A DNA stretch of 62,733 bases, filler included, from Choristocarpus tenellus KU-1152 (taxonomy: Eukaryota > Protista > Phaeophyceae): assembly GCA_964200185.2 (NCBI GenBank). It is 9 parts of 9 records of this genome, joined end to end, with 100 filler letters (N's around TTAATTAATTAA, not from the genome) between each part and the next. Parts side by side here need not be neighbours in the genome. Positions count along the whole stretch, not along the records: positions 17,917 to 29,948 come from CAXNAD020002018.1; positions 30,049 to 37,311 come from CAXNAD020006441.1; positions 37,412 to 41,657 come from CAXNAD020015506.1; 6 more parts are not named here. One strand, given 5' to 3'. Made by a program: the position numbers and the translations under genes. The notes under the pieces were generated by a model that did not search any database, had not been told where the DNA came from, and saw nothing but the letters and a program-made list of their open reading frames with translations. The first letter of the stretch is position 1, and the number at the start of each line of letters is the position of its first letter. Positions 25,901-37,499 of this stretch are shown piece after piece.

Positions 25901-27311
25901 AATTCTTATTTTTATTTCAAGGGATCTGAGGATGTTGGAGCCCGTCTCTCATTTTTGTGATGTGAGGGATAAGATAATACCTGGAAAGTAATAATAAAAA
26001 TAATTCGATCACCCTCTTTGATTTCCATTTTGTTGGGCTTGTTAGAATAGCTCTGATCTTGATATATTTTGTCGGCTGCATTGGACATAGGGGGTCCTCC
26101 ACCTCCCCTCTTGTTTGCTGTTCTTTAGAAAGGGTCCAAGGCTTCCTACCAAAAACGTCTGAATACTGATGTCAGAAAGTGATTTTCCTGCATGATCAAC
26201 TCGGTCACAGTTGCTGCTCTTTCCTCTTTCAGGCCTTATTACGAATCAGTGAGCCCCCTGTAGTGGAAAGTCAATCACTCATGCAACGGGTGATACTGGG
26301 TGAGACCCTGGCGATAAGCTTCACTGCAAAAGGAATTCCCCAGCCCAAGTACCAGTGGTGCAGAGATGGAGTACCCATCCCTGGAGCGACAGAGCAGACA
26401 TTCCTGTGCTACAGAGCTACAGAAAGTGATATGGGAACATACACCTGTGATGTGAGTATCAACTGAAGGCCTTTTTGAGGGAATGGATATGTGGTAAATT
26501 ATAACTTAATACTTTTTTTTTAGTGCCATCCATTTTATCTCTCCTTGTGAAGCGTTTCAAGATGCAGGAAGGCCTCTAGTGAACAGTGTGTAGCAGGAAA
26601 CCCAAATATTTTGGTTTTTGTTTGACATGTTTATACTTCCTCAAGTTCCTTAAAAGAGCCAGTGCCATCATGGCAGTCCCAAATTAAACCAATGACTTAA
26701 ATATTGGTACTGTTTTGGGTAAGATGCTTTTTTTTTTTTAAGAATGCTTGACAGGTCCAAAGCTACATACACGTTGGAAGTGTTGCCAATGCAGGCGCAG
26801 AAGAGTTTCGACCTTGATAGAAAAGGGGGCTGCTTTGATTATGGGTGCTTACAGCTGAAGGCGATCATGCATGGCTGCTCATTAATTGGTCAATTCAAGT
26901 GCAAGTCACTGTTGTGCATTTCTTGTTCCACCAATGATAAGACACAGTACCCACAGGCAGTGTACTCTTCCTCCCTGTCATAGGCCCAAATTTCCTTCAT
27001 GTGTTTTTCATACAGGTTGATACCCTTGGTTATCAACACCCTTACTTACGTAAGCGGGGCCATGAGAAAATTGACAAAGAGCCCTGCTCTGTTTGCTCCC
27101 ATCTGGTACCCATCAGATCAAGATATCTGGAGTGTTGCTAGTTTTCTCATGTTTTTTTTCTTCTGTTCCTTGTCTGTCTTTGTTGTATGGGTGTGTGTGA
27201 TAAGTCCAGGTGAGTAACGTGGCTGGATGGGCACGGTGGGAAAAGATGTCAGTGGTTATGCAGGACAGACCTGGTATGCCCCACAGCAAGGCACATGCAC
27301 AAGGTCCATAG
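19920..27311 (+). CDS. Non-canonical poly(A) polymerase/terminal nucleotidyltransferase (NTase + PAP/OAS1-type substrate-binding domain) fused to two C-terminal Ig I-set-like domains. Exons 19920-20098, 20369-22976, 24123-25480, 25793-25898, 26233-26451, 27210-27311 (~1523 aa)
   Basis: LQPSRQAEERRQ|AVFDHVRTIV; GSFPLKSYLPCSDVD; VVDLT; HLFKRSILLLKTW..CEA; LTSYAL; NVQDPLNPLNNLGHSV. Ig motifs FQWMKDG...DEGTYTC and GIPQPKYQWCRDG...SDMGTYTCD|VSNVAG. All junctions are GT-AG with matching phases; total 4572 nt. The true start may be further upstream (possible acceptor at ~19884). Confidence 0.8.
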
Positions 27312-29082
27312 TAGCTATGGTTTTGCTGCTGTTGTGAGAAGGGAGACACGCCTTGGGTTCATCTTTTTGGGGGTTTTATGTCTGGAGCGATTTATTTCAT
27401 GTGTTTTTGCATGTCGTTTGGAAGTGCCCTTTTTTCATGTCCACATTCATATACTTTAAGCTGCCCTGTATTCATCTAGAGTCCCTGTTATTTGATATCA
27501 GGTTTTCAAGTCATGTCTCCATCTCTGTTTCTTAATTTTAGGATTTAGGTGTACGCGGCCCTTTTTGAAGAAAATGTGAACTCTTGAATATGCTTTACTA
27601 ATTATCTTGGTCAGTGGGTGTACCATACCGGTTTAGGTATTCATAGGGTTAAGGTTAGGGGAGGGATTGCATTGAAGAAGATGACACATGGACTGTTCTG
27701 TGCTCTTTTTTGAGTTTATATTTGTCTTGGTGGCAAGATATGTCACTTTACTGTGATTATTTTGGGCTGGGTAGCCTATTTACCTGCAACAGCTTGATAT
27801 TGTACGATTTTAGAGCTAGTTAGGTTCCAAGTGTATGTATGGCAAGGACAATAGGCCTTGAAACTGCACTAATGCTGAAGTTTATGCAGTTTTTATATAC
27901 TAGTGATTTCATAGCTATCATTTGTGTTTCATTAGCATCAATGGCTTGCGTGAGCTGATTGTATTGATATGTTTATCCCTGAGCAGCCTGTTTTCATGTC
28001 CATGATGATCATCGTTGCCAACTTTGACCAGGGACAAGAAAGGTTGTTGCAACCCAAAATAATTCCAACCCTTCATACAGTGCAATGATTGGGCTATGCA
28101 ATGACCTGGGCTCCTTGTGCACAAGGATGAGCGGAATTTTGTACTGGTAGGATCACAGGAGACATTGACATTGACTATATGCAGCAATGGGAACGAATTA
28201 TTTGACAATTGGCTACCTACTTTAGTGGTGTGTCTTGGCCGTATATAATGCCGTTTGTTATAATGAGATATGTTGACACGGCAACAATTACTGTGGTTGT
28301 CTCCTCCACCACAATAGTGAACAGCTCAGGATGGAGTTTGGACGGTAGGGTCTGGTGTTGCAGATTGTATGTACACGCAACATTTATGATACAGCTATAG
28401 TTGTAGCTCCATTTGATGCTGTGGTATGCTACGTTGTACGGGTGAAGTTTGGTTTTTGATTATTTTTTTATTTTGACATCACGGTTACGGTGGTTGTTTA
28501 GATTTTTGTGTGACGTTTCAAACTGTGTTTCTAGTACCCAACACAGTAGTTGAAGATGACTAATTCTCTTACTACTTCAGTACTATTGGTGCAGTTGAGC
28601 TTTAGGGACCCGATTTAGAGCAGGGTCCTACAATCTTTTTCTTTCAATACACAGACTTTGTACAATATGAAAGTAGAATATAGCAGTTACATCACTGGAT
28701 GTGGTTTTGTGCTTTACGGCAGTAGCATCAATCACTACTGGATGGCCCGTTCATGGTACAAGAATGGGTCTGGACATCATGGTACACTTGGGGATTTATG
28801 ACGACGGTTATCCGTGGTTTTCTGTTGTCTTCTTGGCTACAAACAGGACAGAACATGTTTCCAACGCAAAGATTGTGGTACAGGCCAAGTGGGAAAATAC
28901 AACCTATTTTTCAGGAGTGTGTTAAAGACGCTGTTGTTCCCCAAGACTGGTTGGTATATGCAAATGGTTCATTTCTTCTGATATTGACAGGGTGTACATG
29001 AAGCAAGGAGAAAGGAGGCGTGAGTCTTTGAGTCACAGGGGGATGTCCTTGTCACCAAATCAATAATTTCTGTGGATCACTT

Positions 29083-29369
29083 GAGTGAAAGTATCTTAGA
29101 GGGGGTACGAGTTTTGCCCTGTTTGTCCCTTTGGTGCTTGGCTTCCCGCGGGTTTTTTATGACATTTTCCTACTCCGAAATTGGGTTAGGAATAGGGTAC
29201 AAAATGTTTCGGAATAGGTAAAACGTGTACGTTCTGAAAAGTTGTGTCCGAAACAAGCATATTGACACTCCCTAACAATCACGATAGCCAGTGTTACATG
29301 CAAATCGCAACATTGAATTGTGACCTCCAAACAAACGGACGTGGTTCTACCCTCAAGATACTTTGACTC
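29083..29369 (-). mobile_element. MITE family A copy, TSD ACTT/ACCT
   Basis: ACTT|GAGTGAAAGTATCTTAGAGGG...CAAGATACTTTGACTC|ACCT. Confidence 0.88.
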
Positions 29370-29927
29370 ACCTACCAACAATCGTCACAGAGCACCTGCT
29401 ACAATGTTTCCTGTTCCTGAACTCTGCCAGATTCTAGTTCATTAACTCGTCTTTACGTCCTTTTCTTCAGGAAACAATCTTCTCTCTCAACTGATTGTTA
29501 CTTACATAATCTGGTCTTACGCAATTAGAATTAAAAGCATGTTCTTGATACACTCCCCTACATCATACTCCTAACAATAAAGTATGACCTCATTCCCTCT
29601 TAAACGTACCGCCAACACAAAAAAATCAGTCTCACTTCATCCTATGCATGATAACGCTTCAGTGCCTACCGAATTATTCCTCTGACACCCTTCGTAAAAC
29701 GATCTTCATGTTGGAGCTTCTTAGGTAAATACTGGAGTATGCAATTGTATTCTTCCCTCCCACTCTGACTGGCATACATAGTAGTATTGAATGTTTACAT
29801 GCTTTGTCTCTCCTCTGCATACAGCCAGCCTTCTGAGCAATCTTCATTGCACCACTGATATCCTCTAACACTGGTACAGTGTGATCTTTGTGAAGTGGTT
29901 GCATGAACAGGTCTAGTGGAAGATTAA

Positions 29928-29948
29928 GGGTCAAAGTATCTGGGGGGG
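29928..29948 (+). mobile_element. MITE family B left end, cut by contig break
   Basis: GGGTCAAAGTATCTGGGGGGG directly before the linker. Confidence 0.8.
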
Positions 29949-30048
29949 NNNNNNNNNNNNNNNNNNNNNNNNNNNNNNNNNNNNNNNNNNNNTTAATTAA
30001 TTAANNNNNNNNNNNNNNNNNNNNNNNNNNNNNNNNNNNNNNNNNNNN

Positions 30049-30309
30049 TCCGATCGGGGGGGGGGGGTCTAGCCCAGGGTGTCCATTCGGGCCCTGACTA
30101 GGTGTTTGAAAAGTGGTCTACTTGAGTCTTTTTATTCGTGAACGGTTGGTCCTTGTTATGATAAAGTGTGGAATGTTCTGCACTTTGGATATGTCCTTAG
30201 CGCTTGGGTTTGTGTGGACTGTTACGATGTCAAGATCAAATCAAAATCGCGATATGAAAAACTGGGCTCCGAATGGACAGCCGTCACCCCCCCCCAGATA
30301 CGTTGACTC
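30049..30309 (-). mobile_element. MITE family B copy with extra internal sequence, at contig start
   Basis: ggggtctagcccagggtgtccatt...aaatcgcgatatgaaaaa...aatggacagccgtcacccccccCAGATACGTTGACTC. Confidence 0.75.
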
Positions 30310-32399
30310 AACCGTTTGTGTATTCACACCATCAACCGAAAGCGTGGAATTATTACTGCGGAAGACAAAAAGTCGGCATTCATTGTAGCATCACCCTTGG
30401 TTGTTTTCCTTTCTCCAAGTAGTACCGATGCATACCATCACAGATCAAGTACAGTATTTGACTCTCAAGAGTTTCGACCTCATCTTTTCCCGCGTCCTTG
30501 TAGGCAGGAAGTCAATAGCCTTGTTGTTATGGCTATTCTTTTGCGTCTGAGTCGGAGCGTGTTAGTTGAGGCATGGACGATATAGATGTAAAAGGCTGCT
30601 GAAACAGGGGTGAATATTGTCCGTTTTGGTTACTAAAACCACAGGTATATAGGTGTACATTTTCGCTTTCTTCCCGAGAGAAGTTCAAAGTGTAGAATTT
30701 TGTGTTGTTAGTATCGTACTCATCCTTGTCCTTGTCCGGGATTGAGTCGTTTCATATGCGGTAGTAAAACTGCTGGCAGCAAACATTGCTACTCGTTTAT
30801 ATACCACATAGCAAAGACAGTATACAGCAATAAAACGGTGAAATTGTGAGGATGCATATATATTGTAGGGTCCGCGTTGAAGTCATTGGGTCTACATCTG
30901 AGGGATACCTGCTCTACACGCTAGACATGTGCGATTACAAATTCCTAGAAATAACGAGCAGTGACATATTGAAATACATCAATAAGAAAAAACAGCTGGA
31001 ACCAACCTCAGACTTCATCCTGTCTGGTCATGACAGAAACGTTGTAGGGGACATCCAAGTCTTCAAGGTAGTCAAAATTTGAGATAAAGCCATCCCCATA
31101 TGTGACTGGAAAATACCTTTTTTGTAGCTGGCCAGGGTAGGGGTGCTGTGATTTGCTGAGACTAGATTTGGGGATAATGACCTGGGGTACACACACAGAG
31201 ATAGTGATAGATGGTAGCTTCAAGGTGGTCCTTGCACATGCATGCCTTTTTGGGGAGGGGGCTCATCTTATACTGATGTTGTAATGGTTATGAGGTTTGT
31301 CAGACTGCTGCTAGAAAATGGGCAACACCAGAGCTTGTGACAGTTTGTCATTGATGGCATCACACCATCAGTCTCCCTGCATGTACCCTGGGTCAATTTG
31401 CCCCTGATCCAGTAACAACATACTTCGGTGCCCCTACCCTGGCCAGCTACAAAGGCAGTTTCCAGTTGCGTACACAGGGATGATATCATCTCAACTCTTG
31501 ACTCCCTGGACAACTTGGATGTCCTCTCCAGTGTCTCCATTGCGGTTAGGCTGGGATCAGATAAAGTGGAGGTTGGTTCCAGCCGTTTTTTCTTATTGGT
31601 GTGTTTGAAGAAGCCCTTGTTTGTGATGTGCTAGATTTTTTTTCATGTATGGATAGAGTTATCCCTCAGATACAATCCAAATGACTTGATCAAGAACCCA
31701 GTACAAAAATAAGGCCACTTTCCACCAATGATTTCTAAAATCGAGCCATTTTTTGTAGAGATCTTGTCCAGTCTTGATGTGACCTCACACCATTGCCAGT
31801 GCACTGGGATTCTCATCGTCTCCAACCATTAACACCAATCGATGACTAATCATCTCTACGGGAGTGTCTGACGTGTGGCCAAACAAAGGCAACTGAATCA
31901 CTGTGAGTGGGAAGACCGCTATATTTGTTCTGTGGTATGGCTCCCTCGTTTCTGTCAACCACCCAATAGTTACCATGTTACAATGCTTCTTTGTGTTAAG
32001 GGAAGTGACTTGGCATTAGTAGGAGTGCAAATAGTAAAAATGTTGCGATAGAGTAATGTCCAGATGCAACATCTATATAGTGAGCCAAAGTAAATGGGAG
32101 GTACCTAGAGTTGCACTTCAAGGATGTTGACAAAAATATGAACAAAATTCTACTATTGTTCAACTATTTATCGATTTTTTTTTAATTGTGTCGAAAAAGA
32201 TTCAAACAATGGAGAAATGGTCTCAAGTTCAATTTCGAACTTCATCGAAAAAAAGATAAGGAATTGCAAGAGATTGAAAAAAATGTGCAGAATAGTCAAA
32301 GCCTGAGTACCTATTGTTTAATTTGGCTCAGTGCATTTTGCTAAGTAACCTCAGTGTACCTTGACATTAAGAGTATTGTTAGATCAGACTAGGGGTGGT

Positions 32400-35300
32400 A
32401 TTACATATTCAGTACACACATTTGCAACTTGTACAGTTCCAACAGAAGATCTTAACCTTCGTTCTCTAGGCGTAAACAGAAATGCCAAGACCCACCTCAA
32501 GATAGATTGACATCTATCATGTTTTGGGAAGAAGTGTTGCTAACTGGTCCGTGACTGCATCTCATACAAGAAGAGATGTGAACCGAAATGCAATCACACC
32601 AAAGTGTCCGCAATAGAGTCGGACATAGCTATGTAGTCAAGTCCTACTACTGATTGTTTGCTTATACATTGTCCACAGAGCTTCTGCTGTACACTCAATC
32701 ATAGTGATAGCTACTGCTTGAAACAAACACGTCCACTGCATATCTTCTCTTGGCCATGCCTTGATTGTAGTGCGTTGTTACAAAAATATGTTTGGTGCTA
32801 GAAGATGTGGAGATCAACAAGTCATGCTCCGACACATATGTCATGACCAAAAACAGATCATCAGTATATGCTGGAAATTTTCAACAATTGTCATGAAGGT
32901 TGAGACCTGCAATATGTGTCATGTGCCACGCCCTCAAGTTTATGTCCTCGTCTCTAACCCCATACTATTTGCAGGTGCCCTTATGGCGTTCTGCAATCCG
33001 GAAACACCAGTGCATCTTGTCAAGAGTGTGCTATTAATTTTTGTATGCAAAAGTAGATTATGCGAGAAACAAGTAGTTGATGGAAGAGAAAAATATTGTG
33101 TTCTGAATTATAGTAGGGACGTGTGAGTAAATGCAGTAGTTATAGAAGAGTTCAGGAATAGGAGGCATTGTAGCAAGTAATCGGTGATGAGTGATTGGTG
33201 ATAAGGGAGTCCCTTTTAAGGCCATAGAGCTCACTCCTTTCTCCTTCTTCAGTTCATCTACATCTTGTCCAGTCCAGCAAGGAATTTCTCAATATGTTTA
33301 TATTCATAAGTCTTGGGGGTACGTACCACAACTTATTTAACACATTTCACACAGAATATTGGTCTGCACAGGCTCATGACTCAGTTGGAGGGCATTTTCA
33401 TTGGCACACAGTTGTGGCAACTGTATGGTGGACTTCTGTCAGTAAAATTAGGAATTGGTACCTTTCATATGAATGTTTCGAAACATGTCAGCGCTGTGGG
33501 ACATGGCACACACCATATTGCCCTCATTAACTATATAAGATTCTTATAGAATTTGGACCAGTCAAGAGGGTGTAGTTGACACAAATGTGGCATGAAGTCA
33601 GTAATACTTCTGGCACAGAGTACCTTTGTTGAGCTGGAGTTTCTATTGCTGCATGCATCTTCTTTCTTTTGCCTGTACATTCATCACCTTGATATTGTGC
33701 AAAAAATGTATTTGAGTAGGGTAGGTCTGACTACAAGCTATCGAGTCCTACATGCCTACTGCAGCCAGAAACAAGTGATTATACAAGAAACCTTGGAGTT
33801 GCAACCAACATCTTGACGGTGATAAATGTGACCTACCCCGACTGATGTGAAGCTCTTGTCTATGTCTGTGACCTCGTAGGTGTCCTTGTGATGGATAATA
33901 AATACTACAAAGGAACTGGGCTCAGAAAATAGGACTCGGCATCACAAAAGGCCAACAACTTCTTGACGGCATTACCAATCAGAAGGGTACTTGTGACCAT
34001 ATGAGATCGTGGGCCTTCAGTTTACGCAGATGGAGTATCGCATCCTTTCCAAGCAGAGTGTGTGGTGTGCAGGCCTATCGACAAGGTGTTTGCTAGTCTT
34101 GTACTGCTTTTAACGCCTTGTGAACCATGGGAGGCTTTATCTTACATGGTGAGGTGCATTGAAATGGTTGGCGTTGAAGCCACAGAGGAGGAAGTAACTG
34201 TGCTGTGCTCCAAGGGCACATCTTGAATGTGAAAGGTACTGAGCAGAGGTGGTGGATGACCTTGGTTGCGACAATGCCTAACAGCATTTTCCTCTCTCCT
34301 TTTTCATCCAGAATACATCAATGAAATTTTGACAATCTTACAGGGTACTCTCAGGGGACTAGCAAGTTGGTGATTTTTCATCTCCCATTACCTAACACCG
34401 CCTTTGCAGGCTCTGCCATTACTTGGGTTGGAAGGAAGGTCGAGATAGGTCAAGTGAGCAGACTTCAGTTGCCAGCTGGACTGAGGCTGAGGCCTGCATG
34501 ACCCATGCACAATTGTGAAGGGTTGACACCTCAATGCTTCCCTGTCCTCTGTCACCTAAGGGTGTACTGGCAAATCCAGTCTATTTTGTACTGGGCAGGT
34601 TTTTGCACGTTGGGGGGTGCATGGTAATTTCATACTCCTTGGTAAACTACCAGTGCATTGGTGCTGGGTAACCTATCTCTTGCACGCTTATCAAATCCAG
34701 CAGTTTGTGCGTGGCTGAGGATTTGGGCTTGAAGTAACAGTTGCAACAGGTATAATTTCCACACATCTCTCCATTATGGCATGAAATGATATCTCTAGTT
34801 TGACATGAGTCGGGCTGGGCTGCATTGACATAAAGTGATCTTTAAAAGAATACAGTACTGCTCGGATGTTATCTCAAGTCAAATTTTCTCTTTGTTTAAT
34901 CTATTTCGCTTCCTGCAGTGTCAGCCTAACAATTGGAGTTTCCTAAAATGACATGTTCTTTTGAGTTGGACTCAGAGTCCCCTGGACGACGTGGCTCTGG
35001 TTTTGGTAACACTAGCGGAGGAACACGTGTAGCTACTATTTATACGGTTCAATCCTAGCAGAACACCTCAAACACTGCTCTCCAGATGTAATGAAAATGA
35101 CAAGACCTACGTTGAAAGAGGTTGAATACCTCTACCGTATTATTTGAAAACGTATCGTTGATTGGTGCATGCTTGCATCTATCATAAGAAGAGATGGAAA
35201 CCAAAGCCGGATCACAAGTGTAGGCATAGCGTTGACTTGAGCTTGTAGTCAACTCCTCCTACTGTATAGTTGGTATACACCCGATTATAGTGATAGTCAT

Positions 35301-37280
35301 TGCTTGAGATGAACAAACAAGTTTACTGCACCTCTTTCCTGGTCTTCTCCCTGATGGTAGTGTGTTAGTACAAACAGTAGTTTTTGATAGACCAACAAGT
35401 CAACCCCGGACATAGATCTCATGCTCAGAAACAGAACTCAAGTATATACCCGAAATTTTTAACAGCCACCTTTAAGTTTCAGAACTGAAGCGCGTGTCAT
35501 GTTTCATATCCCCAAGTCCATGTCCTCATCTCTAACCTCAATATCATTTGCAGGTCCCTCATGGTGTTCCGCCCCTCAGGAAGACCAGTTCACACTCCAG
35601 AGCTGGGTCTCTGGCGGTCTTTCCTCCTTCTTACATGTTCATTCGGGTGGGTCTTTTTATGGTCGGAAGTGGTCTTGCTCTGTGAAGGATGTTTTGACCC
35701 AAACAACGGGTAAGCTGATATTTCTGGCTTGCCTAGCATCTGTGATTGTGGTTTGAGTGATGTGTGCGTTTCTGAGACAATCTCATATGTGTGAACTCCT
35801 TGATGGACCATTCTTAAAAATTGATCTGCGCTTGTTGTGAAGTGGGAAGTCTAATGACTCACAGTTGCTGAGAAAAACTCTGTGTGAGCACGATACATTG
35901 TTGCAGAAGTATTACCTCATTATGAACTTGTATCTTTTTTAATGCCTGGTTCGGTGGGCAGATCTGTCTTGACATGTGAGCGAAGTTGAGCAGGCCGGGC
36001 TTGTCTATTGTCACAGCACTGACAAAATGGAGGAGATTACCTATCAGGATAGACTGAACTGACTCCTATTGTAGCACTCTGTGATGGTTCATTGTTTGAC
36101 ATCATAGGTTTGTGCTCCACCAAGAATCTAAAGGCTTAGCCTTCACTTGTCAACCTTACTTTGAACTTGCAAATCATAGACTGGAAAATATCTGGGAGAA
36201 ACATGTGGAACAGTCATTGATTAATATGTGGACACAGAAGTCAACGGGGCTCTAGGGCACTAGCATCGATTAGACAGTCCCTGAAGGGGGTACCATGATT
36301 CAAGCCTCAGTGACCAGGAGTGGACTTGACTCTAGACTGGCTCTAGAAGAGCCAGATAAAAAATGGGCCAGATTCTCGGCGGATATCAGCACCATCTGGT
36401 GTTGTCCGTGGTAGTCTTCCTAGAGACCACGTTAACCAATCCCAGTCATAATGAGATCATCACCACCAGCACCCATCTCAGTGCAAGTTAGATAGCTACT
36501 GTATAGCAGCTGCTCCCCAAGCTGGGAATGCCAACAGGGGTCCTGATAGGGCATATAGAAGGGTGAAGGGTGGGGAACGTATTGGAAGAAATATGAATGT
36601 GCAGGGGTGGGAAGCCAAGTGTGGTAGATATTTTTACAGCATGCAGCAGCACATTGGGAAAGAGAGAAATGTGATCACCCTCTCGATCCAGTACTGCATG
36701 TGATTTGAGGTCAGGGGACAGGTCATACACAGATGAGGGGTATCAGGTGGCGATAAACGTGGGCACAGGATCAGAACTGGATTGCTTGGTGACAAGGTCA
36801 AATCAAATCTAGCACCATGCACCACAACAAGTTGTAAGGGTACCTCCCTAGGTCCTTGTAGATTTGGCATCTATTCCTGCATTGCTCACATGCTCTCTCG
36901 GAGCTCAATAGTTTTGAGTCGCTGTCTTTCCTCAATCTGTTCTTCCTCCATCCGACTGCAAGGCCCTTGGTCTCTCGCTGTCTAGTTCTTCCTCTATTTT
37001 TCTTTTCACCTTGTGCCTATTTGTCTTAGACCCTCGTTCTTCTTCCGTATATTCTTGGCTACATCTATAGCTTGCCTTGCTGCCAGTTGGGCTTCCCATT
37101 TCTTCTTCCCAGATGTACCCTCATTTACCATGCCATCACCACCTAGGCCATCCCTCTCTACCACCACTTGCACTTCTGCCAGTGTTGTCTGTGATGATCT
37201 CTCTGTGGTTGATACAGTGTTGTACTGGGAGCTTCTTACCAGGTGTGAATGCATTTTGTTTGCCATGACTGTCTGAGTCA
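32400..37280 (-). mobile_element. Highly decayed retroelement-like region (possibly Copia gag/integrase)
   Basis: No intact ORF or exon pattern; weak echoes only (charged coiled segment 37280-36850; STAQLLPPLW at ~34190 like Copia integrase xLPxxLW; PKTYE at ~33310). Confidence 0.25.
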
Positions 37281-37291
37281 TGTCGGCATAG

Positions 37292-37311
37292 GGGTCAAAG
37301 TATCTGGGGGG
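37292..37311 (+). mobile_element. MITE family B left end, cut by contig break
   Basis: GGGTCAAAGTATCTGGGGGG before the linker. Confidence 0.8.
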
Positions 37312-37411
37312 NNNNNNNNNNNNNNNNNNNNNNNNNNNNNNNNNNNNNNNNNNNNTTAATTAATTAANNNNNNNNNNNNNNNNNNNNNNNNNNNNNNNNN
37401 NNNNNNNNNNN

Positions 37412-37499
37412 GATGGATAATGTAAGTGCAGTTTTCTTGGTTAATTTCCAAATGGACCCCCTGGTGTAGACCCCCCCCCCCCTCCAGATACTTTGGGTC
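37412..37499 (+). mobile_element. MITE family B right half, at contig start
   Basis: gatggataatgtaa...caaatggaccccctggtgtagacccc...CCAGATACTTTGGGTC. Confidence 0.85.

Noticed and set aside
37292-37499. One MITE-B copy spanning the linker
   Set aside because: Flanks ATAG and TGGA do not form a TSD, and contig order across the linker is unsupported.
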